Below are positions 47,901-60,639 of a DNA stretch of 64,000 bases, piece after piece (position 1 is the stretch's first letter; each line of letters starts with the position of its first letter). The translations under genes and the position numbers were made by a program. The notes beneath the pieces were generated by a model, which was not told the DNA's origin, searched no databases, and worked only from the letters and a program-made list of their open reading frames with translations. The stretch covers positions 12,318,549 to 12,382,548 of the forward strand of contig OZ316896.1 in NCBI GenBank assembly GCA_973895155.1, given 5' to 3'. The DNA comes from Marsupella aquatica (taxonomy: Eukaryota; Plantae; Marchantiophyta).

Positions 47901-48286
47901 TGAAAAAACCTCGTCATCTCCCAGGCATGCTCTGATACCACTTGTTGAGCATAGATAACATTTGTAACGGCAAGCCCATGAACCATCCAATGCACAAGAG
48001 TCGACACAGAGAGATACGTGGTTCACCTCCACATGAGGCTACGTCCACGGGAACACACAAGAGCTTTACTGCACTCTAGGCCGACCGGCCATACCAAGCA
48101 TCCACAGCACAAGCTCTCCCTATCTCTCAACTAGCTCCGTAACAATGAGCCTAAGTTCCACCAGGGTTTGGCATCAGCCCTGGCTATATGCACAACAGCA
48201 CTACCGCTAACATTAGCTAAGTCCTAACCCAAGTTAGCCTAATTGTAGTTAGCTCATGAGTCACAAGACTAGAGCAATATCTAACA
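41957..48286 (-). mobile_element. Decayed Ty1/Copia element C (Tnt1/Tork-like) with complete 5' LTR (47943-48286), PBS (47929-47940), long leader, and a 3' LTR truncated to ~86 bp (41957-42042)
   Basis: PBS TGGTATCAGAGC; PPT complement CTCCCCCTT just inside the 3' LTR remnant; gag KFEVEKYDG..W; LTR homology stops at ~41957; no TSD recoverable. Confidence 0.93.
42250..46275 (-). pseudogene. gag-pol: gag-pol of Copia C, many stops and frameshifts
   Basis: CWKCGKPGHMKRDC, WILDS, WHFWLGHMS..CEHC, HSDVWGP, YKARLVAKGFTQ, LYGLKQSPRQ, TRPDLA, KHIDIRYHFIR. Confidence 0.95.
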
Positions 48287-48292
48287 CTTAGT

Positions 48293-48530
48293 TGTTGAGT
48301 AATGATTGCTACTCATTAATAACATCCAATAAACACACAAGCAGTCCACACAAGCAAAATTTATGGTTCACTTCTCCAAAGGTTACTTCCACAGAACACA
48401 CAAGGGAATTGTACTAAACTCCAAGCCTCTATTCTACTTAGAGTTTAAAGCTCTCCCTATGATGTCTAAGATGGTTTCGTAACAATGAGCCTTTGTTCCA
48501 CTCACTATATAACCAAGTCTTGCTCGTGAA
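48293..48530 (-). mobile_element. Truncated degenerate LTR of the same group, 6 bp from the Copia C 5' LTR
   Basis: TGTTGAG start; TGGTTCACTT..GGTTACTTCCAC; CGTAACAATGAGCC. Confidence 0.7.
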
Positions 48531-48880
48531 TATAGTAGTGGCACGTCTAACCCTCGAGAGAGTTACTCAGTGCATATTTTGGGATATTTTACTATGCACG
48601 ATCCTGCCTAATATAAATAACTTTTTATAAAGAACATTCTAGGAATATTCTCTATTTCACTACTAATTACCTATTTTACTCTGGAGAAGGTGTATATTAA
48701 TTTTGAGAATATTCTATAACTTTGAGTTTATAATTATACCTTCATTTACCTCAGCGCCTATTTTGGATTGCACTTGGTTCCTATAGTTTCTGGTATTCGA
48801 CCCCCTGAAGTCTAACCTTAACCAAGTATCAAACTGCAATTGCGTCCCACCCATACCCCTAAATTGTAACACCATGAGCT

Positions 48881-49224
48881 TGATGAAGGATCAAGACAGA
48901 CAACATAACCAAGCTCACTGATCACAAGTTTACCAACACCAAGATACATGGTTCACCCCCGCAAGGCTACATCCATAACTGGTAGAGAAGCTTCACTATG
49001 CACAAACCATCACATCAGTCATAGCATGGCAAGCTGCTCTAGGACTAATTCTCTATCTAGACTGCTTCAGCCTCTCTCTCGCCCCAAATTAAGACTCTCT
49101 ACTATGTGCAGAATGAGAAGCTCCAAGAGCTACATAGTCTAGTGTATGCTCCAAGTTACTCTAAAATAACTCTGATTAACTAACTCTAGTTAACCTAGCA
49201 AATGTAAGAGTCAAATACCTAATA
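48881..49224 (-). mobile_element. Degenerate LTR of the same group
   Basis: AGATACATGGTTCACC..GGCTACATCCA; ends ..AAATACCTAATA; no TSD found. Confidence 0.65.
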
Positions 49225-49997
49225 GTCCAGCCTGCTAGTGTATAGCAAAATACATTGCCCAACTCACCTCCCGTCATTTGTAGGATCCAAGGCCTTACTG
49301 CCAATTTTGTGCATCCCTACTAGAAGGATGTCCGATGGCAGGCATACTCAATCGTGGCCGCTACTGGAGTGTAAAAATGGCACAGTGGGGATGAATGTCG
49401 CTGGGGCTGGGACATTAGCTAAATAGTGTTGAGTTCAAGTGGGAGCCAGAATATGGGTTTCCAGGCCCCTGGCCCAAGCTGAAGCCTATATACACCACCA
49501 GCCTCTAAACCCTATCTCTGATTCTACAGCAGACTGGTATGAATGCTAGCTCTAGTATTCCAGTTTGCGTAAATAAATATACAATTATTAATGGACTTGA
49601 TTGAGACCTCGTTATATTTTGTGACAGAATATGCTAAGCATCTTGATGTCAACATTGACTTTTTGATGTATACATTATATTCAAAAAAAATAAAACAGGA
49701 GAATAATATTTTGGCCTTGGATTATTTCCTGGCATAAATTATTTATTTTGTGCCAACCAGAAGGGCACTATCGCATGTCAATTTTCAGCCAAGGGAGCTC
49801 CCCTACTTTTGGTCCTCATTGGCTTCTTTTGACAACAGGCATCAGTTGCACTAAATAAGTATTCACTTTTATTCATTGGGCCAAGGCTGTTGGTTTTAGA
49901 TACTCTAGTTGAATTCCTTTCCTTGCGAAAATTGTACCAGGCTTTGCAATTTGTTGCTTAATAGGGCTTTAGTTCTGTTGTGGTTGTCACGGATACT

Positions 49998-50478
49998 TGG
50001 TCATTTCCCTCCTTGTTCTTCCTGGTTTTTCCCTTGTTTTCCATCCTTATGTGATGTTTTCTGCCTGCCCTCATGGTATGGAGCTTTTCCTTCTTTGGCA
50101 TTCATTTGTTCTTTATAGTTTGCACTATCGTTTTGAAAAGGACACAATCATATCTAGTAGTGGTTCATTTCCTCCTTGGTCTTCATGGTTTTCCCTTGTT
50201 TTCCCTCCTTATATGGTAGTTTCTTATGGTGTGGCGCTTTTCCTTCTTTGGCATTGTTCTTTATATTTGCACTGTCCTTTTAAAAAAGGACACAAGTAGC
50301 ATCCTGTACTGGCTCATTTTCCCCCTTAGTCTTCCTGGTTTCCCTTATCCCAGCCCCTCCTATATGGTGTTTTCTGTCTACCCTTTATGGTGTGGCGCTT
50401 TTTTTTGTCCTTTGGCATTGTGCTTTATATTTGCTATGTCGATTTATTTAGAAAGGACACAAGCAGCATCTAATAGTG
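49998..50478. repeat. ~155-bp tandem repeat x3
   Basis: TGG.TCATTT.C..CTT...AAAGGACACAA repeated three times. Confidence 0.85.
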
Positions 50479-50817
50479 GGACCCAATGTACGTAAAAATG
50501 AGTGAAGCAGCATCTAATAAGAGTAGACCAAAGGATTATACTATATGAGGTTCCACGAAGTGTCGACCTGAAGGATGATGCGTCCGCTGTACGCCATAAT
50601 CATGTCGATTTAAAAAAGGATTGGAGACTCGAGAGAGACCCAGAGAATACAGCACAATTGCATGCGCATCTGAGTCAAACACCGCGTTGATCATTCTTTC
50701 TGCGTGGTGGGTTTCTTGCGAACTAAGCTAAGTTCCCCACCTGTTCGTCATCTTCGTTCCTCTCATTCGGACCAAACGCGATGATGGGCTTATAAAGAAG
50801 AATTCTCTATCAAAGTA

Positions 50818-51108
50818 TTCAATTTACTGCAGGACAATCGCCGCAGAAGAAGAAAGTGGTGTGTGGAAGAGGAGATTCAGTTTACGGAAAGACAATCTCC
50901 ACAGAAGAAGAAAGTGGTCTGTGGAAGAGGAGATTCAATTACGGAAGGACAATCTCCACAGAGGAAGAAAGTGGTGTGTGGAAAAGGAGATTCAATTACT
51001 GAAGGACAATCTGCACACAGAGGACGAAAGTGATGTGTGGAAGAGGAGATTCAATTTACGGCAGGAGGATCTCCACAGAAGAAGAAAGTAGTGTGTGAAC
51101 GAGAAGAG
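50818..51108 (+). repeat. ~58-bp tandem repeat x5 just upstream of the ZNF598/Hel2 CDS
   Basis: TTCAATTTAC.G.AGGACAATCTCCACAGAAGAAGAAAGTGGTGTGTGGAAGAGGAGA units. Confidence 0.92.
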
Positions 51109-51221
51109 GAGGGCGTGTGATTGACTGGACAGGAATTGCAGGAGGATATTCGTCATTCTACTGTACGTAATTGTCCAGAACTTCGTACTTTGCTTTGCAG
51201 GTAATCGAATTCCAGTACAGT

Positions 51222-52643
51222 ATGGAAGATTGCTGTGCTGTGTGTGCCGAGCCTTTGGAGTGGATCGGATACGGGCCTTGCGGTCATCGTGAAGTGTGTT
51301 TCACTTGCGTTGCGCGGCTTCGAGTTGTGCTCAAAGATGAGCGTTGTTGTATTTGCAAACAACATTGTCCGACGGTGTATGTTACAAAGGCTTTAGGTGA
51401 CTACACTAGACTTGTAACGGACTGGAAGCCATTACTGAATCACAGCGATGGCTCACGGCAGGGGGGACTGTGGTATGACAAGGTGGTTGAGGCATACTTC
51501 GACGATGAGGAGCCCTTCAAAGTCATCCAAGCCATGTGCAGGCTGTCTTGCAGCATGTGTGAAAGGGCAGCCATTGAAGGAGGAGAGGGTACGGTGAAGA
51601 GAGGATACACTTTTAAAAGTATAGATGCCTTAAGGCGCCATGAGTCCAATGTGCACCACGTCTCCATGTGTGGATTGTGCTTAGAGGGCAGGAAGGCATT
51701 CATATGTGAGCAGAAGTTGTACACCAAGTCACAGCTGCATCAGCATCTGCGGAAGGGAAACTCGGAGGTTGATGGAGATGAGGCTTTTGCGGGGCATCCT
51801 TTGTGTGCTTTCTGCCGAAAGCGATTCTATGGAGACAACGAGCTCTACCAGCACATGTCACAAGACCATTACACCTGCCACATTTGTCAAAGGGCGCGCC
51901 CTGGCCATTTCGAGTATTATCACACTTACGATGATCTGGAGGTCCATTTTGGACAAAAGCATTGGTTCTGTGAGAATTCAGAGTGTCTTGCCAAGAAGTT
52001 TGTTGTCTTTCCCAGTGAGGCAGAGCTGAAGAGACACAACGCTTCCACGCATGGAGGGCACATGTCACGGTCGCAAAGAAATTCTGCCCTACAAATACCG
52101 GTGAGTTTTGATTACCGTCGACCTGGACAGGACTCTTTAGACTACGACGGTGGTGGATATTCCTCCCGGCGACTTGGCAGAGGGAGGGGATTGGATGGAA
52201 GAAATGAGCAACAAGGTGTAGCTGTACCTGCCAGTTTCGAGTCAACAAATCTTGAGTCACTCGAAATTTCACACAGTTCTCATGATTCTGGAGTGATGGA
52301 TACTGGAGATGCTGTTGAGAGACCAACTACCAATCATCTTGATAGGGGGATGGCTCAAATTCGACGAGATGCTGAGATTGGGCGTTCTCGATATCTTGCC
52401 GCTGTTGGGGGTGGAGGTGGGGGTGAGAGGGGAAGACCCTCAGCTACCGGTGAGACTGCCTTTCCACCACTACCTGGACCGTCCCAAAGTGCGTCACGCC
52501 AAGCAAGAGCGGAAAGCCATGGTCCAGCATCGATAATGGCAGCTTTGCTCAATGGGAATGGATCCAAGAGGAATGCGAGGGGCGGAATACGGGTTCTGAA
52601 TAAGGCGCACTACAGGTCATCTCCAGTTTCGGCTCAGTTTTGA
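51222..52643 (+). CDS. ZNF598/Hel2-like RING + C2H2 E3 ubiquitin ligase (ribosome-collision quality control); intronless, 473 aa, possibly C-terminally truncated
   Basis: MEDCCAVCAE..CGHREVCFTCVARLR..CCICK RING; GHPLCAFC..ELYQHMSQDHYTCHIC; HWFCENSECLAKKFVVF..LKRHNASTHG. Confidence 0.9.
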   Translation: MEDCCAVCAEPLEWIGYGPCGHREVCFTCVARLRVVLKDERCCICKQHCPTVYVTKALGDYTRLVTDWKPLLNHSDGSRQGGLWYDKVVEAYFDDEEPFKVIQAMCRLSCSMCERAAIEGGEGTVKRGYTFKSIDALRRHESNVHHVSMCGLCLEGRKAFICEQKLYTKSQLHQHLRKGNSEVDGDEAFAGHPLCAFCRKRFYGDNELYQHMSQDHYTCHICQRARPGHFEYYHTYDDLEVHFGQKHWFCENSECLAKKFVVFPSEAELKRHNASTHGGHMSRSQRNSALQIPVSFDYRRPGQDSLDYDGGGYSSRRLGRGRGLDGRNEQQGVAVPASFESTNLESLEISHSSHDSGVMDTGDAVERPTTNHLDRGMAQIRRDAEIGRSRYLAAVGGGGGGERGRPSATGETAFPPLPGPSQSASRQARAESHGPASIMAALLNGNGSKRNARGGIRVLNKAHYRSSPVSAQF

Positions 52644-54420
52644 CCTTCAGCCGCTACTTTTGAGGCAGCCCAAGCTCATCAGGGTTCTAGCCGCACAAAC
52701 CGGAATGGATTATATATAATTAATTCTGGTTTGGACTCGGGCTCCACTTTCCAAGGGCTAGGGTGATGTTACAGTGACTGCAAATCTGTCGACGTCACCC
52801 ATGTGGAGAGTTTTGCTTACAGAGTTTTTCCTTTACTGTTTGCGACGTAGCTGAACCAGGGTGGAAATCTCAGCGGTCGAAAATCAATTCTTTGTGACTC
52901 TAATGCCCAACACATCGAAGCCATTGAGTGTACAGATTCTTTCCTGAAGGCAGAGAAAAAGCATTCGATTAGCTGCTCAGGGCAGCGTGAGCGGAACTTA
53001 AAATTGTAATTGTAACAGTCAAGATGTAAGCAGTGAAATTTGAAACGATGATGAAGGGGCAGAAGAGATGAAGAGTCAGTTCTTCGTTGGAAAATAATCT
53101 GCCCAGAACTAGACTCCAACAGCAACAGGAGAACTTGGATGTAATGTTTCTACAGAGAGCACGAGGAAAATTGAGACCTATTAACTGTCTCGGGATATGC
53201 CCAAAAGTTGCAGAAGAGAATTTGAGGGGTTCGAAATCCTATGCAACGAGTGCGTTGAAAATTGAGTATTGAGTAGGATCAGAGCACACTTTTTAAATGT
53301 GATCCGTATCCACTCAAATTGCTACTACTCGTTGCTTGTATGAAACACTACTAACCGACCCGTTTCCACGTTGGGATAAACTTGGCAGATGATGCCGAGA
53401 AATTGTACAATTGTATCAAGCAAGAAAAGTCCTGTAGGATAGGTTGAGCTCGTTCCTCTCTATCTTTTCTTTGGACACCTCTATTGCACATCTGGTGCAA
53501 TAGCCTCCGCGATTTTGATTCCGGACAGCAAAAGTGGACCCACCAGGATAGAACTGAATCGTCTGGGACTGCCACGTCTTTGACATGAAGGGCTTCAAAG
53601 CCTTTATCCTCATCAGCAGGTATACTATTTGCAGAAGCCTTTGTTAGTGTGTCATGTGCTACGCTTCCTCCTAGTTGACTCAGTTGTCACGCATATCAGG
53701 CTGGCAATTTTAACTCTCATTAGATTGCGGCCACTTCATCGGCATTTGTCCTTCGTAAGCTCCTCACGGCGTGTGGGAACCTCTGCACCCTTATCCTCGG
53801 CAGTAAGAAGGCAAATTCAGAGGATGTAGTTGACCCGTCGGGTTCCTTCGTATTCGACTTCTTTCTCACCTGGACCCGCTCTTCCTCTTTTCAGCACCAC
53901 CTAGAAGATTGGCTTCAACAGTGTACAGATTGACACAAATTGTTAGTTGCTACTCCTTCGCAAGCTGTTTATGAGAGATGGGCGAAGATTTGGAGGTCCA
54001 TGTTTATCCCCGATAGGAGAAATCGTCCTGGCAAAATTTGCTTTACTAGCAACCTCCTACGCCATACTCTACCCGTTGTTGACATTGTCAGATATTGTCA
54101 CAATTTCTGCCTCATTAACACCCTCATAATCAGTGACTTTAACAGATGCTCAAAACACTGCAGTGCTTTTCGGAAGAGACTGTGATGGCCGTTGCCCCCA
54201 GCCTCTATGAGAATGAATGTTTCGTGCCTTGGGATTTTGGAGTGACAATATATTGTTACAGAGGAGTTTATTCCCCATAGGAGAAATCGTCCGGGCTTCT
54301 ACCTGCTACGCTAGAAACACTGCAACATTTTAAGGAAGAGATTGGGATGGCCATCGCCCACAGCCTCTACGAGTGTGAATATTTCGTGCCTTGGTGACAA
54401 TATATTTCTACAAAGGAGTG

Positions 54421-56913
54421 CTATTTAGAAACCCGTCGTGTCGAGGAATCTCTCCATTGGAAAAAGTTCATATTCTTGAGCAACAACCCTTGCACCAGGC
54501 CATCATCAGCGGTAGGCCAAGGAAACGATCCTTGGGGCTCGAACAGCATTCCCTGCTTGAGCTGCCCGACGTGTCTAGAGAACAGAATTTGTTGTGAAAT
54601 GGTGGGAAGTCTGGCCGACTCATATTCAACTAGAGCAGAACGGATATTATTCGCGCCCCACTTTTGAAACGCCTTCCCCAACACATGTGCATCCACTATC
54701 GACATGTTGGTACCTCTACTCGCATGGGGACTCGTGGGATGAGCGGCTTCACCAATCAAAACCACCCTCCTCCATGCCAGCTGCTTGACGGGATTTTTAT
54801 CGTAGATCCCCTTCATGAAAGGTTGAGGAGAAAGTTTTATCACTTTAGCAAGCGCTGGCATCCATGTGCGATCTGCTTCATCGTGCATTGCTACGATGCT
54901 CTCATTCTCAGGATGTTTGGTAGCGGAATGGTCCTGAACGAAAACACCCACACTGGTTGGTCATTTGTGAGGTGGTATTGTGTAATCGTTGCATTTCAAA
55001 AAGAAGCTAGACAATTATAAACTGATTGTAGTCAGAGACAGAAAGCTGCAAACGAATGCCAAAGCCATAGTCGTTAGACGTTTCTTTCAGAGACAGTAAG
55101 TTGCAAACGAATGCCTTCCACGAGTTCTCAAAACTGTGAACACAGTGAACCAACAAGTAATATCATAAAAACTAAACCTTATTCAGTTTTGGGAAATAGG
55201 CAGACAACGTCCACCCTTAATATCAGCTTCACGTTTTGAAAAATGGGGTCTCGGGTAAATGGACGGATGTCTCACCTGGAAAGTAGGTTCCGGCATGTTG
55301 ACAAACCAAAGCCAGTTCAGCCGCTTCCCCTTCAATTCATATATTACTGCGTGTGAACCCCGAGCTAACTCGAAGTACATGGTTTCCCCGATTTCTGGAT
55401 AATCTCTCTTCACAGCTTCATAGACTTGTTGGTCGTGGGTACAGTCTAGAATTCCTCTCCAAGCACAATAGCCAGAGTACCTGCAGAATTGACCTCCACG
55501 TTAGTTAATCCCGACATCAATTGATCAGGGCACGGCAATCTCAAACGAGGTCGGTGGTCGGACTACTAGGCCACACAGCGATCCTGTCTGTCGACCAACC
55601 TCCAGCTGCCAGTCTTCCAGCACGTATCAGAAGACATTGGACTACAGTATGCCACTTTTAGAGATTTACTGGTTGACAGCTCTAACAACTGCTCACCTAA
55701 CTTTTTCAGCTACTGGGAGCCATTACATAATGTAAGCAATACCACTGGCTTCTCCTCACAGCAACACAAAGGGGTTTTGTACAATACCGTCTGGTCTCAT
55801 TTGGTAGGTAAAACTGCCTTGTTCGAGACATGCTCCCGTCTGCTGCCACTATGATATCACCGTGCAATTCCTTACTGACTTCAGCCTTGCCGTCTCCTTC
55901 GTCCTCTGTCACTGAGACGGACACTCTGACGAATGAGTGATCTCTGCTCTCTTCTAAGGATATGGCTTCATGCCCAAACTGGGCAATGCCAGATGGCAAG
56001 GACTCGTACAGAACGCGGTGCAAGTCATTCCAATGAACGGCCCGGTGCCGAAATTCTTCATCCCTCGAGAGAGTTACGAAGACCTTTCTCTCTGTGTCTA
56101 CGGACCGGTTCTGTTCGATCCATTCCATTCCATTGTCAGAGATAAAACTGATGAATTCATTCACATCAAGAGCCCTGTGAACTAACTACCAAAGGAGTCA
56201 AATTGGTGGATAGATAACATGACATGAATCGAGAGATACACTATCAAATTGTGGGATAGACATTTTTCCTCAACAGTCCAGCCATAAATTACACCACATC
56301 TAACAATTCATTCCGTTCCATCCCATTTTCAGAGATAAGATTGATGACTTCATTCACATCAGGAGCCCTGTGAACTAACTGCTGTAGTAAAGGATAGATA
56401 CCATGACATGAACAGACAGGCAAACTATCAAACTTGGGAAATGACAGACATGAAAGTCAAGTTCAGTTACCATGACTGATCCCACTTTTATGGCTGGATG
56501 GACGGTTGACAAAGGAAGGACTACAATAATGGAAAGTCCCAAAGGAAGTCAGTGGACATGATGATGAGTGATCGAAAAACACGAAAAATACACCACACCT
56601 CTTCGATGTCGAGAGGTTTAGACACGCGGAACAGAGCATCACGAAGGCCCCAATCTTCAAATGCTGCGCAGGAAAGCTGGTCGATAGCCAAACCGGCCCC
56701 AGCAGCAGCAGAAGTAAGTGACCTCGCTCGCTCCAGCACCATCACCCTGCACACCCCGGATTTCAGCAACGCATGGGCGCAGCAGAGGCCGGCTACACTG
56801 CCGCCGATGATTATCACTCTCACTCTCCCATCGTTCTCGAGCATTCTGTTCCCGCTCCCCTTGGAACCGTGCCCACCGGCGCCCGGACTTCGGCTATCGG
56901 TCGGACTCTCCAT
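54421..56913 (-). CDS. FAD-dependent monooxygenase (group A flavoprotein hydroxylase, 2,6-dihydroxypyridine/6-hydroxynicotinate 3-monooxygenase-like); exons 56913-56599, 56110-55788, 55480-55276, 54933-54421 (451 aa)
   Basis: IIGGSVAG, GAGL, IVAADGSMS, RYSGYCAWRG, LNWLWF, VVLIGEAAH..PH..RGTNMSIVDA; phase-consistent GT-AG sites. Confidence 0.9.
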
Positions 56914-59900
56914 CTCCCAATAATGACACTTGTGATTTTAATGAAAACCTCACCTGTCCTTTCAGACTGCGGCTTCTTGTAATGAAAAAAAACCTACTAC
57001 CACACGGCCGATCTCTGCCCTGGAAGAGGCCACTCCTGTGGATTACCATGACCCACAATCGAAGTTCAAAGCTCTGACAGCGTTTTGGGCACGAAAATAT
57101 CTTCTCTTCTCATCCGCACTCAAATTGCAATTTCTTGAGTCGACTCAGCAAAGTCAGCATCCCTGTACTGTAAATCTTCGCTCAAGGCTGACGCTTACCC
57201 CCAAAAAATATGTCAGCGAATCCGCAGAAAGGCCAGAAATTATGCACAGGAAGAATCTCAATTCAACGCCGGCGCATAATTATTCATATTCAGGGGGTAG
57301 GATGACGGAAGCGTACGAGTCACGTGTCATCCGATGCTACGGCTGCCACTCAATGGGATTTTATTGTTCTCGACCACCCGCATATTTCCACGTGGTGAGT
57401 TTATTTTTTAGGCTTTTGCTTTGCCTTGCACGCATTGGAGGATAACACCCACCTGGCAGCATGGCATGTATCCAAAAAAAGAGGAACAGTACCTCTGAAC
57501 CCGACCCATGAAAAGCGCACAGAATCTCATACAGTAATGTTCCCTTTGAACTTGGAAATATTTTTCAAAATCTACTTATATAAGAAGGCACCCCATGGTA
57601 GATACTCCCATGGTCTCCTTTCAAACTTGAGATGAGTGAGCTAGACCGATCCTTGTGATGTTTTCTGGTGTTTTTATAGACAGTTGGAGTGAGATTGACA
57701 TGTAATGTCCAAAGGAATTTGGACATGTGTTTGCTGGATTAGATGCCAATGTATAGACTTACTTTCTAGTACCCTTTTTACCGGATTGTATTTTACGCTG
57801 TACTACATGCCAATGGATAGGTTGACGTGCTTTCTAGTGCCCTTTTTCCTTATTGTACTGGTACACAAAACCATGGAGGTTTTTGGCTTTTGAATTGCTT
57901 TTTGGGGGTTAAATTTGTTTTTGTACTCCAAGCTTGCTTTCCCTTTTTTTCATCTTGGTGGAGGGAAGAAATGGAGGGGAAGGTGTTTTAGTTTTTCCTC
58001 TTTTGGGGGCGTGCAGCTGGGGCGGTGTTAATGTGGCCAAAATGAATCCTTAACCCCCTCCCACCTTGCCTGCTTTCTTGGAGGTGGGGTGGATTCCTTA
58101 TTTTCCCTTGGGGGCTGGGGTGAATTGATGGGGGCAAGGCGAATCCTTAAAGAGCCCTTTTCCCACTTTGCTTGCTTTCTTGGAAGTGAGGTGGATATTT
58201 CCTTTCCCTTTAGGGGTGGGTGCGGTTTGGTGATTCTACCTTCCACATTGCTACAATTTTGGTTTTGGTCGATACAAAAGTTTGTGGTCGACCAAGGGGG
58301 TGAATTAAAAACCTTGCTCTGGCTCTTAAGTGCAACTCTCTCTATGACTTCTATCCTTTGCTGCCAACTTGTAGTCATCTGCTTCATTTGACAACCCTTG
58401 CTTTCACCTTGCAACCAGCTGAACCCAATGACACCCAAGTTTCACTGTCCATAGGTATATTTTTGTTCTGCAGTTGGAATGTACCCATAAACCAGTGCCT
58501 TGACTGGTTCCCAACTTAGGGACTTCTAAGCCATGGCCGACGCCTTAAGTAACAGTCTGATATTACAGTGTCAAAAACACAACTCATAATCGCTGATGCA
58601 CATCAACTTGAAAAATAATGGCACGTTAAATTAAATCACTCCTCAATTTAAACAGTAAAAAACTACTTAACTTATGCTTACTTTTTTAGCACTCTTAGTA
58701 AAAGATTGTAAACATCAGAATTTTTCCATGACACCCTTCCAAATTCCCAGCTAAATACTTCCAAAATGTTCAATTTTTTCTCACAAGCAGCTTGATCTTC
58801 AAGGGCATGTCCTGCAGACCCATTGCAATATCCCTTAAGTTCAAGAAGGCACCTTGAGAAAGATGGTCATCAGTAGATGTTGGCAACAACACTATAAAAT
58901 CTCAATCCAACTGAAAATGGTGCTATATGTACTAGTGTCGCCAACTGAGTCAAAGGTTGGAAGCTATGATCCTCACTAGACAGAGCTTGCCTGCCATAAA
59001 CAGGGCTAAGGGACTAAAGCTAATCCTTAGGTGACAGGTTCCCAAAAACATATATATGAGAGGAGTATATGTTCTATAAACCCCACTATAAACCCTCATC
59101 AAACGATCAGACTATCATGGTCAGTTCAGGTATATCTCTACCCCCTCAATGCCAAAGAGTGACACCAGGGGATGGATGCATTCAAGGGAGGCATTAGGGG
59201 AGGTTGGCATAATATTTGTATGGCACGCCAATGGTGCCTTCATCATTGCTTGGGGCCGACAAACCATAGCTTGAGATCCACTCATGGTGATCTCAAGGAC
59301 CTAGTGGGTGCACTATGGAGCAAGCAAAAGGGGCTACCAAAGGAGGCGGACTGCGGTTGAGGTTTGGGCACTACAACATGACTGGAAAAAATTCAGATCA
59401 AACCAAGTTCAAAAAGGCTTTTGGCAAAATGAGACGTCTTCTCAAACTGCTCAACTAAGGCATCCTTTGTACAATCTAGAATCTCCTCAACACTCCTTGC
59501 AATAGTGTCTCACCTCACTTGATAGGCCTTCTGAAAGAAAACTACAATGACCCATGCTTCAAGCTCATACCTCGGCTCATACAACTTTCCTCTCCTCTCT
59601 CTTGAAAGCATCTCTTCAAAATAGGGACTTGATCAGTTGTTGCTGTCACACGCTAGTTATCACTGGACTGAACCTGATCCAAAAATTTTAAGGCATCCTT
59701 AAGAAAGAGTGCCTTGTGTCCTTCAAAAGTGTTTGCAACACCCTTTGGAAAGTATCCATACCCTAAGTACACTTTTGTCATCTTGTCACTCATGACCATA
59801 CTAAATAATGCATTAATATTAAGATGTTTAAATTAAAGATTTAACTATTCCTTTAAATCCAAACCATTTTTTCTTGTATTCTCCCTATTCTGCCACTACC

Positions 59901-60639
59901 CTCTGATCAAGTGATTGAAAACCAGAACTTTGGCATACTCCAAGACACATTGGCCATAGCCTGCTTGCTGACATTGAATGATTGTAAAGCTACCCTTAGA
60001 GGGTAAGTTCTTAAGTTCCAATATGTCAAAAGCAAATTAAAGCAAAACAAAAAGTTACAGTATTTCACTCCACCATCCACTCCACCGTAAACAGTAAGGA
60101 ATAAATCACATAATTATATTATCCCTAGTGTGACTGGCCCAATGCTCATGCTGTGCACAAAGTAGTTGAGAGGAAGTGTTGTCAAAGTTTTTTTTTTTTT
60201 GCTGAGAAAGGAGGCGTAGAGGCCAATGCATACCACACAAGGGGACATCAACCACCCAAGCAAAAACAACGATGGCAAACTGCGCCAGGGGAGTTGACCC
60301 CACAATTCAACCACAAAGCACATAACTAGTAAGGTCATGCCATCCTAAGCAGCCATTGCAACATGTCTACCTCAACCTCCAAGTGCTGCTTAGTTCTGCT
60401 CAGCAAGAGGCTACCGTGAAACCTAACTAGGACTCAATAACTTCTGTTGTTGCCCAGACCTCTTTAAGAACTTCAACCAACTTGTACTCGCAACTGTGTT
60501 CTGAAACAAAACCTATGTCTAATGCTAAATGGTTTCTGTTGCTTGAAATTCCAGCACTGAAGAAACATTACAAAAGCCTATTGCTGTCGTTGCCTCTAGT
60601 GTCCTGTCCTTGGATGTAATTATATATCTTCCTCTCACT

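Noticed and set aside
50818-51108. Regularly spaced repeats as a CRISPR-like array
   Set aside because: Whole units repeat with no unique spacers, no cas genes, eukaryotic context
38678-52643. eRF1 and ZNF598/Hel2, both translation termination/quality-control genes, ~11 kb apart as a functional cluster
   Set aside because: Separated by transposon DNA with no shared regulatory signal visible; proximity is plausibly chance
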